From Selaginella moellendorffii (lineage: Eukaryota; Plantae; Lycopodiophyta), in contig NW_003314392.1 in the NCBI RefSeq assembly GCF_000143415.4, positions 158,390 to 222,389 on the forward strand: a DNA stretch of 64,000 bases, given 5' to 3'. The first letter of the stretch is position 1. Every line of letters begins with the position of its first letter. Position numbers and translations under genes: made by a program. Shown one piece after another: positions 25,392-36,690 of this stretch. The notes beneath the pieces were generated by a model. The model was not told where the DNA came from. It searched no databases and saw nothing but the letters and a program-made list of their open reading frames with translations.

Positions 25392-26712
25392 TTTGAAAGT
25401 GCAGAAAAGAAGTTAAGACCATACAAAAAATGATTGGAGAATGGCCTAAATCATAACATACCAAACAACCTCAATAGCATGAGGCCACATGCCATTATTC
25501 AAACATGCTATTGACACCCACGTGAAATTTCGCATTCACAAAATTGGCATGAGGCCTCATGCCATCTTGATATACACACAACTGCAGGCAAGTAAAAACA
25601 TACATGACAATACGCTAGCCATGAAATTGCAAGGGCCCAAGATGGCATGTGGCCTCATGCCATTTCTAAATGTGGTCCTAAGCCATTCCATGGTGAACAT
25701 ACCAGGAAGCACAAGTGCCGAATATCAAGAGGAAGCGGTAGCCACACCAAAGACAGTGCCGCTCGCAACACCGCAACTACTCGTAGCGCCGCTCGCAACA
25801 CCGCAACTGCTCGTAGCGCCGCTCGCACAAACTGCCACTCGCATAAACTGCCGCTCGCAATGGCGCTCGCAATGCCGCAACCGCTCGTAGACGCATAAAC
25901 CACAGCCCACAACGCCGCTTACACAAGCAGCGCTCACTGCGCTCAGCGAAACCAAGAACACGGCGCACAAAAATGATAGACCTAGGAATGAGTTCGAGAA
26001 TTCAAAAATAACACACGCTTGAACGTCACATCAAATCCTCTGACAAACCAGATCTTATGATTCCTCTGACAAATTTCAAACTGAGTAGCTTCTAGATTTT
26101 GCTGTCGGAGGTTGAACTTTGTCACATCATGTCCTTGCCTCGATCCAGCTGTGCTATGTCAGTGATTCGAACTTTGCCATGCCATGTCAGCGATCCGCGC
26201 CAAGATTATTCGCCGTGTAAAGGAATAATTACGCTGTGTGTGTACGTCCATTTATGGCAATATAAGGCCACACACCATTCAAAGAATAATGCTCGACATA
26301 AGGCCACACGCCACCACAGAATAATGCATTTTTTGGTGCATTTTTGGGTTCAAAATTGCATGAGCCCACACGCTATAAAGTTTACCTGTACCAAAAATAG
26401 AAACAGCTTTATTTACTTGGGAATTTAAGTGGTTGAGGCATTTTTAAACTTACAAACACATGCCCTACTTACATTCCTTTGGTTGCCTAAAATTCAAAAA
26501 TATTATAAACCTTTCTTTTTGCATTTTCAATGTTTTCAATTATGGTTTTTGATTTTCGTAGGACCAGCCTAGTAATCTATTTGCATCCCGTCATGTTTAT
26601 AGCTAGCTTTCGTTTGTCCCCTTCGCTAGCCTGAGATACATCTGCTCGGCATCTGCCTCTTACAGCATTTGCCCAGAAAGGGCATCTTTCTTCATGCAGC
26701 ATTTGCCACATG

Positions 26713-26731
26713 TTTAGGGTTTAGGGTTTAG
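26713..26731 (+). repeat. Short interstitial plant telomere-type repeat (TTTAGGG)x2.7
   Basis: tttagggtttagggtttag. Confidence 0.6.
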
Positions 26732-28351
26732 CAATTCAGTAGCTTGATAAACATGCAAATACAGAACTTGATGCAAAATCCTTTGATATGTCACAATGCC
26801 CCTAGGACCATAAACACATTTCAATAGAGAGGGTCCTTTCATTTCATAACTCCTTACGTAGATCTTGGTGAAACCAGAGTTAGTGAAGTTATTTTCTTGT
26901 GATCCCGCATCTGATTGTGATGTCCCTTTGCAGTTTCGATGGAAAGGTCAATGCACACCAAACTGTAAAATCTTGGAGCAAAATAACGGTCGGATCTATG
27001 GCAAATGCCCCTGAAACATTGTAAGGCTCGTGTGGTCTCATGTGGTGTCCGATCGAGATGCTTCTTTGCAGGGTCATCAAGAAAGACATTGTATACCATT
27101 CTGTAAAATCTAGTTGCGATCTAACGGTTGGATCTCCAGAAAACTCAAAAAAATCTCACGCATGTCAGAATATCCTAGGAATATACTCCTATGTGCCCCT
27201 GAAAATGGCATGCGGCCCCACGCCATTCAAGAGATAATGCCAGATGACGCCGAGAATTTTTTGGTGCATTTTTTGGGTTCAAAATTGCATGAGCCCACAC
27301 GCTATAAAGTTTATCTTTGCCAAATAGAGAAAAGTTTATCTGTGTCATGTGAGGTAGTTACAGTCCTTTGTGCTCGGCATCTGCCTCTTGCAGCATTTGC
27401 ACTGAAAGGGAATTTTTCTCCATTCAGCATTTGGCCCTGAAAATGGCATGCACCCACACGCCATTGAAGGAATAACGCCACAGGACGCCTGGATTTTTGG
27501 GTTTAAAATGTTTATGGTTTTTTGGGTTTTTTCAAAATATTTTGGGTCCAACGTTTTTTGGGTTTCTTTGGTTCAAAATTGCATGAGCCCACACGCTATA
27601 ATATTGATTTGAGAGAAAAATAGAAACAGATAGAATTTCTTTATTTAGCTGAACATCTGCCATTTTTGGAAATACAAGATGCTTTGGAATATCCAATCAT
27701 GCATGGTATAAATATAGCGAGGGTATTAAATGATATCCCAATCATGATCTTTCTTTTGGATTTCGCGTGCATGCAGTCCGAGGAATGATGACGTTGTGGA
27801 TTTCTTTTGGATTTTGCGTGCTTGCATGCGCGCGGCAATCCAGAAATTAATGGTGGCGCCCAAGTCCGAGGAATGATGACGTGGCGGGATTACCAACCGT
27901 TGTGACATTTCGCGCGTGTGAGGTTAGGTTTTGCATTTTGCTTTGTACTCGCGCTCGCACACTCGCGCTCGCGCTCGCATCACGCTCGCGCTCGCGCTCG
28001 CATCACGCTCGCGCTCCCGCTCGCATCGCGCTCCCACTCGCGATCACGCTCACTTCTCTACAGGTTTCTCGTGTGCATCGGCGTCCACTCGCGCTTGCAT
28101 CACACTCGCGCTCGCATTGCGCTCGTGTGCATCGGCGTCCACTTCAAGACACACCCAGTTTGTAACTTCGCCGCCAACTCCGCCGCCCACTCCGCCACCC
28201 ACACGCAGCCCACTTGGCGTCCCAGGAGATTTCAGCGCCACTCTCCAACTGTAAGTGGCAGAGTAGCCTTGCTGCTACGATCCGCTGCACACACAGTGCA
28301 CATTCGCCAGCGAGTCCGGCCTCGATTGTCACGGCCTCCATTCGGCTTCAA

Positions 28352-31300
28352 ATGGTAAGTCTTTTAGACGAAGTAGAAAATGGCATGAGGCCACATGCCA
28401 TTCAGTAGCAACATTGACATGCACCGATTGGGCTCTCGAGTGCAGTCCGGTTACAGATGGCGTGTAGCCTCACGCCATCTTAGGATGCAGCCTCAAGACA
28501 TCTGATGCAGTGGTGAATGGCGTGTGGCCTCACGTTATTTCCAGCTGCTAGCTTTTCATCTGTCAGCTCTAATTGTTGTGCATTTCTGAACAGGCGAGGA
28601 ATTGCATTCTTCTTCCAGCCACTGTCAATGTGGATGCAGAGAAGGGGGAGGAGCTCACCAGTTGGACTTTCGGGATGGAAGGCGAGGATCTGATGCTGTA
28701 CAACACAGATGGTGGGAGAAAAGACTGCATGGGGATCCTCATCCAAGTGACAGACACTCCATGCAGTTCCATGCAAGAATATGGACTGGCACTTGTGGTA
28801 GAGACAGCGTTCGCCTTCAAGATCCACCTTGCACATCCTAGCGGCTTCCCGGAGGGGGGCAGCGGCTATGAGGAATTCCTAGAGGGAGCTAGGGAGAGGT
28901 TGTCCAGGAGGCCCACAATTTCAAAGACGCTGCGGGTCTATGAAGATCACATGGAATCCACGGACCTCACCTACGGCGATGTTCAAAAACTATATTCCAA
29001 CATTGAGCCGTTGAGAGTGCCTCCAGTTTGCGAAGCGAAGGGGAAGGGGGTCAATCTGGAAACTACCCCGAAGCAGAAAAGGGTGGTCAAGCTCAAGCCG
29101 ACGTCCGACTCTGCTGCTCCAAAAAAGAAGCTACTCGGTGATGCCATTGCCTCGGGTTCGAACACTACACCCACCAAAAAGAAGAGCCGCAAAGAGCAGA
29201 AAGAGCAAGAAGAGGCAGCAAAAATCGTCGCAGATAATAGTACTTGTTACTATTCCAACAAAGTATATACAATCGACGTGAGCCGTATCGAGATCCAAAG
29301 CAAATACAACCACAGGCTAGTATCTGATGAGTGGGTGGAGAAACTGAAGCAGAAGATGCTGGCAAGTCCAGTAACACCCGACATCGCAGACGTGATCCCC
29401 TACTACCGAACAATGAAGGGCGAGACGAGGTTTCCAGACTTGATCAATAGGAAGGTGTTGGACGATCAGAACATCCGGTTCTATGCCGTCTCCGGGCAGC
29501 ATTCTAGCTTGGCGATGCAACAGATAGTTGTGGATATTATGGTGGGCGAGGAGGTGAAGAAAGTCTTCAAGACAAGAGTTGTCCACCTAATAAAAGGCAA
29601 CTCGCCCCTCCGATCTATCATATACATCTCCCACGCGCAGAATGTCAAGCAAGAAACGTGCTACAAATCGGGTCTGCACGAGACATTGGCACGAACACGG
29701 AAGCTCTGGGTTCAACTGAAGAAGCCACAAAAACCAGGACAAGGACGTGCACTAGCAACTAGCGCCTGGCAAGTAAGCCTCGTTGCATGTGGCATAGCAT
29801 GTGGCCTCACGCCATTTCCATTGCAGGAATTCTCGAGTCTTCTCTCGAAAACACTGGGGGTCAATCACACACTCAGCATCCATAACATTCTACTTGCGAC
29901 AAAAGTTGTTTTTGACAAATGGGTAGATGTGCTAAGGAGGTACCATGACGGGGAGTTGCTAAACTCAATGGGTGTGGAGGACGGCCAGAAGCCCAATGAT
30001 TTGAAGCTCAACGCCTTGCGTTTCTCGCAGTCTCTAGACGACGACGACCTTCTAACAGTGGCTAATGCTCTTCTACGTGGTGAGGTAGTCTTCAACAAGA
30101 CCAAAATGACTCCCGGCCATATTGTGACATACGAGGACTTGTGCACGACTCTGAGAGCTCGTGCGCTATTGAAGGATTGGATCTTCGAGCAAGTGGCCGT
30201 GGCGAGGGTGAGCATCGACACCACGCAAGAGATGATGGAAGAGCTGGAGTTGTCAAATGAAGACATCGACGAGTACGTGAAGGGGGCCCCCAAGTTCATC
30301 GATCTGCTGCGGGATGCCACGAAAAGTAAAGCTGAGAAGTTGGATCAGTATCCAAATTTCATTAAGAGGGATGTCGACCGCCAGCTTCAGAAACAGCTCG
30401 ACCCCGCAGCAGAGGCCTATCGAGAACCTTACCGGGTATACGTGAATTCGGATGAGGATCAAAGGTGGAGGAGCATCGTTTCCCGCGGAGATGAGCAGGT
30501 CAAGAACATCTTTTGTGTGATGGACTTCACAAACGAGGAGATCACTCATGCAGACGAAGTCAGCTCCATCATTGACTTAATGGTGGGACTTGCGGAGGTG
30601 GAATCTTCAGTCCACTATATGATCTACGACTCCGAATCCTATCACAAGTTCTGGAAGGCCTTGAACGAGGTGAAGGCTCGGTTGAAAGGCAAGGAGATGC
30701 GGGAGATCCATGGGATAATGGCTAAGAAGAAGATACCGACGAATGTCCGCATCTTCACAGTCGCCCTTGTTATTGGTCCTGCAGCAGAGTGGGACTGGAG
30801 TGACTTCCCAGCTTCGTTCAACAAAGCCAATCGAATTGATCTGAGGGAGGTCAATTTACCCGTGCCTGAGGAACTGAAGACGGCTATGGAGCTTTCGAAT
30901 CCAAAGAAAGCTCCAGGTGCAGCATGGGAAATGCTCAGCTGGGTCTTCAACGCAATAGCGGGTGACTCCAAGGGCAAATGCGTTGTCGAGTACAACTGCG
31001 GCGGACTATTCTTTCGAGCCGCACTACTCAAGGGTGTCCCGTGTGTTGCGGTGACAAACTCCATTGAAGAGGTGACTTCAATGGAGCATATAATTACAGT
31101 TGCCAAAGAAAAACAGTATCTTCTCTACGAACCTGGTGAGTACGCACTTTAAGTTTAAATGTTATCTCACAAGCTCTGTATGCAGGAGCGTGGCCACCCC
31201 CAGATGCTGAAACGGCGTTAACAGCTACTGATGTTAGGCCGAGGTCACAACCTGCACAAGGTAAGGTCACGTGAGGCCTCACGCCATTTTGATTATAGAT

Positions 31301-33957
31301 CGTTGTGAATATTCAGACACGAGGACTGAAAAGCGCACTGGTGGCGCGTCGAAGAAGGACAAACAGACAAGCAATAGGAAAAAAGGAGGTACAAATTATA
31401 TTTGCAATGGCGTGTGGTCTCATGCCATTCCTTGCAGGAGACACTTCTTCAAAGGCAAAACAGGCAAGCACCAGCCAAGCTCAAACTGACAGTGGTCATA
31501 AAAAGCGAAAGCACGTTGGACAGTCGTCGGGATCAGAGGCGTTTGATTCGAAAAGGAAGAAGGGCAACGAAAAGATGATAGGTAATGCCTCGCGGTTATG
31601 GCGTGTGTGCTCATGCCATTCATTGCAGATCAAGGGCTGAGTGAAAGGAGCCAGTCACCACCTTCTGACTCAGATTCCTATGGCGGACTCCCCTTCCCCA
31701 ATCTCAATGGAGAGGTACAATGGATGAGGGATGCTTTTCAAGTCAGGGCCACGTTTTTCTCATCTCGTCGTCTTCGAAGGGTGCAAGAACGTGCAGAAAC
31801 CATGTTAAGACAGTCGGGTGAGGATACGGTCCTAGGTCACGCACTAAAACAGGCTATGGATGTCTTGTATTTTGAGATGGAGACTCGGCCAGATGATTTT
31901 TCCAAGATGGTCCTGGAAAAACAAGCAATCCAGCCTGAGCAGCCTATGGAAGAAATGCAAGAGGGGGATGAGGAGCCAGAGAAAGATAATGAGCAGGAAG
32001 AGCAGAAGGACGAAGAGGAGGACAAAGAAGAGGAGGACGAAGAAGAGGAGGATGAAGAAGAGGAGGACGAAGAGGACTTGGATGGTCCTCACAATGGTGA
32101 CGATCACAATAACGACGATGACGATGATGACGACAATGGCCAGCCTGAGGTGGCCAAAGAGCAGCGGAGGAAGGTCATACAAGACAAACCATCAGGTAAA
32201 TAATAGTACATCCATTCCTAACCTTTTACCATTTCTAACATTGTCCATGTAGGTCGCAGAAGAAATGGTAAGTAGAGATTATTCAGTTGAATTAAGATAC
32301 AAACTCTAGCCTTTAGTGTCGAGGAAGGATAGTGCCAAGCAAGGGTCGAAACGTATGTCCAATCCTTCAGAATCAGCAGTGCGCCCAAGTGATATCAGTC
32401 CTAGTTCCTCAATAGCAGTTGATGGTAAATACAGTATAGTCGATTCAATGTGCTAATGAGTTTGTTTTTAGTAGCACGGGAGGATACCATCTCAATCGAA
32501 GGGATATATTTGGACATGCATATGGATCCGCCAGTGGACTCTACTTGCCTGCAAGAGTCATCAGAGCTGGTGGAGGCTACTATCCATATCAACGCCAAGC
32601 AAGCTGACCACGCTCCACTTGATGCTGCCCATACCACTGAGTCAATCTTGTCCACGTATCCAACTGACGGTGACCAGGCGCCATTGGACCCGCATGAGGC
32701 CGCCCCAGCCGCCGAGCCGGTCGTATCCTCATTTCCAACGTGTGCCCAATCGTCTGACTACGCGCCGTTGGAACCTCCCTACACCGCCCCTGCTGCCTGT
32801 TCGGTCATGTCCACTTTGCCAACGGAGGCACCAGCTGAAATGGCGTGTGATCACACGCCATCGGAACCACCCCATGCCACTGTTGAGCCAGTTGTACCAG
32901 AGTCTACAGCTGAAATGGCATGTGCCCACACGCCATCGGATGCGATTGACCCCACATTGCAGAGGAGAGTATTTCCGCCCTTCACGTTTCCTCGACCAAA
33001 ACCCTCTGAACGACCATCGGGAGCACCATTCGCTAATATTGTAGATGGTAAAATTGACTTGTACCATTTTTTATGCTGACGCATTTCATTTCAGAGTCAC
33101 GGCGAAAGTACTGTATCGTTTTTGATCTGAACGGTGTCCTTTTCTCCCATGAGCGTGGCTCGTCCTCGAATGTCACTGCACCCTCCAAAGCCTGCGGTCG
33201 CAAGTTGGTCAAAAGAGACAGATTCACATTAATCACACGGGAGAAACTACGGGATCTAATAATGACCATGCGACACTTAAAACAGAGGGCCGGGTTCAAT
33301 TTGCAATTGGGAGTTTGGACATCCATGATGCGCCACAATGCATTAACGTTGCTACAGATGATGCACGATCAGACGCGAGTAATATTACCATTTGACTTTC
33401 TCCTAACGCAGGAGGATTGCTTGACTATGGTCCATGTGAGGGGTAGCAAGCCCATCTTCGTCAAGGCAGAGGCTGTAGTGATGAACCGGACTGCTAGGTC
33501 AAGTGAAATCCTCATCATCGATGACTCGCCGATTAAAACTGCAGCGAACACGCACACATATGCAGTGCACCCCATCTCTTGCAGTATGGAAACTAGGGAG
33601 AAGAAACCGTATGTTCTGGGGGACCTTGCAAAACGGCTTGAAGCGATGGTGATAGAGAACCGGCCAGTCCAGGAGGTGGCTGCAGAAATCAACCAAATGG
33701 CAGATGGAACGGTATATCAGAAGCCATTTGATCGGACAGACACCAGTCATCATTTATGGCATGTATATTGTCTAGCCAAGCACTATCCGCATCTCCATAA
33801 TCTGCTCAACCGGATGGGTTCTTCGACCACTGAACATGAGCGTGGACGTATTAGAGAAGAGATGGCATTACTATTGGGTTTAAATCCTGATAGTGTGGAG
33901 AGTGATGAAATTCCAAGATTATTGTATAGGCGTTGGAGGCAAAAAATAACAGTCTGA
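28352..33957 (+). CDS. Multi-exon transposon cargo gene: ParB-like region, degenerate N4/N6 DNA-methyltransferase-like region, acidic linker, FCP1/NIF-type HAD phosphatase-like domain
   Basis: ATG|gtaagt at 28352 splices in phase to ..aacag|GCG at 28594. Short GT-AG introns at about 29773-29826, 31136-31185, 31261-31316, 31389-31437, 31582-31628 and 33048-33094. ParB-like: YTIDVSRI..NHRLVSDEWVEKLK..FYAVSGQHS. MTase-like: NPKKAP..KCVVEYNCGGLFFRAALLKGVPCVAV. HAD-like: CIVFDLNGVL, VWTS, ILIIDDSPIK. Joining all parts into one transcript is inferred. Confidence 0.72.
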
Positions 33958-36690
33958 GATGGCATGTATTTATTTAAAAATGTAACTTATTATGGCATGG
34001 GGTTCCATGCCATTGTATTAATATTAAAAGACAATTCTTTGAGAGGATTTGCATTATACTAGAAGTGTTACAGCATGTTATTGGAAGTTTACGAAGTTGT
34101 TTTATTAATAAGGGGAAAGTAAAGATTGAATGGGGACTTGGGCTCCACCTAGACTCGGAGCAACTGAGCCAATATTAAAAGGATGGAAAGAAATTGGACG
34201 ACGATGACAAGGAGAAGAGAGAGGTGAAGCAGTGGCAGGGGGAGGAGAAGTGATTGAGTAGACATTTCCTTGTTTAAAATAAAATGGCATGTGCCTCAAT
34301 GCAGTTGAATTTTGTTATATTTATATACTATATAAAGGTTTGGAAACCTTATTTTACAAGTGGGATAATGACAATTCCCACTTTAACGAAATAAAGCTTT
34401 TAGCAAGTCATCCGGCCACCGTAACATGGTTCATGCATAAGCGTGGAAGTCCTTAACCATCAACTTTCGTTCAAAGCCCTCTCTTTGAACACTCGGGAAC
34501 TACTTCCCTAACCTTGACAGCCTTGCCTCATGGCAAGCTTCAAGACCACGCTTCTGCTGCGCCACTCTGATTTCGCGCGTTCTATAAACCATTTACACTT
34601 GGCCTTTCTAGGTACTAAGCTACCTAGAATCGTCTTTGGGAACCTTGAAGGAACTCTGTCCCTTAGCTTGCTACGGCCTCCCTTTTTGCAAGCTTTCCAA
34701 TTGCCACATAGTCTAACATGGACAATTCCATATTTTAGACTCTCCATGGCATCACGGTTGCTAGCGGCAACACCCTCGAGCCCCCACTTGATTCTCCACT
34801 CCCAGCTGGCATAACCAACCTTGGTTATGCCCTTCGATTTCTATGGTTCAGTTCCATCCCAATACTACTTGCCTTTTGGCCTCATATGTTTCCTTTGGTT
34901 ATTCTCCTCCAGACCAGGAGGATAGCTTTGCACTTTCTATCATGCCTTAGCAAGTATTCTTAGGGATGAACCTACCCAATAGCCCAAGGAGTGGTTCCTC
35001 AATCCGGGTATGCTCACCTTATAATCCCACACACTGGGATTACATTGTTGCTTATGGGCCTTTATATGCCCATCACTAGCCTTGCCAAAATTCCATTTTT
35101 GGCTTTGTCCAACTCGGGTAGACAGTCCTCTCCTGTCTCCGCAACCTTGGACATTTGGATAACACCTTCTATCCATCATTCACTAGGGACTTAGTCCCTT
35201 GGGCTTTATCCATTGCCCTCGCGACATCAAACACCACCTTCTGGTGTTCTAGAGTGTTCGGGTGTCCCAATGATGGCTTTCTTGACAATGAGTATTTCCT
35301 TTTATGACATTGACTTACTATATCGCAACACAAGCAACTTATCCCCCGTAAGGGTGTATCCGACTTCCCTATGCTATTAAGAAGTCTTGGGTAGCTACCT
35401 TCTACCCGTTCAACCAGTTATTTTGCACCTCTTGCTTAGTTGCCTCATAGTTGTCAAGTCCTACAACTCATTGTTTGGTGCTTTCACACCTCCATCATTA
35501 TCTGGGTCACCACACTCCAACTGCATGCTCTGCAGATTAGGCTATGCCATTCCCATTTCCATTGGGATTCCTTTGGCAAGGGGTTCTCATGAACCCACCA
35601 ACATAACCTCAAGGTATCACACCTTGGCACATTTGGTGTCTCCACACCATCGGCTCCACGAGCCTACCTCTATGACACTTCCCCTTCGTGTTTATGTCTT
35701 TGCCAAGACCAACACCGCTCTTTCTCATGCCAACCATCCGTTAGCACTGCACCATAGAGGTCACACACAACTTTGTGTCAAAGTTGTTTTCTTCTGAGAA
35801 CACCTTTCCCATAACTTTAGCATGGCACATTTTGCCATCGATGAGATACCCTCTATTCTCATCCTTGGATCCTATGATCCCCCCGCCATCCTTTATGGGG
35901 TACAACACACCTCAGTCCAAATGCTTCCATCAGTCCTTTTAGGACCATCCCTTGACTCTACTTGGGTCATCAGCAGTTTTGGACTTGGTTAATCCACAGA
36001 CCCTTAAGGTCCTACTTGTGAGGCACTAGCTCACTGGAATACACTTCTTGCATTCCTGTCCTACTCAAAAGGACTATTTTCACAAGTGTTACTCCGACAC
36101 TTGATTTTGTTCTCTGGGGCAACTTTTGCCCCTTAGGACTACTTGTCCATGCGATGAGAATACCACTCATCTCTAAGTACACCCCCCAACTCCTTGGGTT
36201 GTTCCAGCATTTATTAAAGGTAGCCCCGGCTACCATTTCAAGGACTTGAGTCCTCTTCCATATTTGACCTCCCACGGTCATTACCTCTGGTCTCACATTC
36301 ATGAGCACCAACCTCAACTATATGAGGATAATCTTGTGACTCCTTTATTGTTTTGGAGTCTCTATCTTTCCCGTGATCCCAACTTTAGTTGTTTACCACA
36401 ACAACCTTAGCCAATTTGCTGAGACAAATGCTCATCCGGATCACATCCTCAACTCAATGAGGAAAACCTTGCACTGTTCCCAAGATCCCAAAGTCGTTCC
36501 ATTATTGGCCCTTTTCTATCCACCACCTCGTCTACAAGTTCACACATGAACTGTAATGGAGAGCCATGTCTTCCCGACTTGCTACTCCTCAAGGATAGGC
36601 CCACTCCTCGGACCTTCCGATGCCAACACTAGTGGTGACATACTTGAGCACCAATAAAAGTCGGACTAAGGAACAGCTCCGATACCAAAT

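Larger units (their letters stand above)
20920..34305. repeat. About 30 dispersed copies of the 22-bp palindrome ATGGCRTGNGGCCNCAYGCCAT
   Basis: Clear copies start at 21325, 22083, 22229, 23571, 23628, 25474, 25544, 25642, 27205, 27443, 28380, 28457, 28517, 29794, 31266, 31407, 31598, 32840, 32915 and 33992. Weaker copies near 20920, 21237, 21735, 21923, 26258, 26295, 26355, 27284, 27578 and 34284. Confidence 0.93.
20694..34399. mobile_element. 13.7-kb cut-and-paste DNA transposon (Sola-like) with a cargo gene
   Basis: 24-bp TIRs AAGCT(C/T)TATTTCGTTAAAGTGGGA at 20694-20717 and 34376-34399 (1 mismatch). TSD TTAG at 20690-20693 and 34400-34403. Uninterrupted paralogous site at about 40301-40320. 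Confidence 0.92.

Noticed and set aside
20920-34305. CRISPR-like array formed by the 22-bp palindromes
   Set aside because: Spacing is irregular (tens of bp to more than 1 kb), copies lie in introns and exons, there are no cas genes and the context is eukaryotic.
34404-36690. gag-pol coding region in the LTR element's internal sequence
   Set aside because: Only short ORFs and no convincing RT, RNase H or integrase motifs; it may be extremely decayed.
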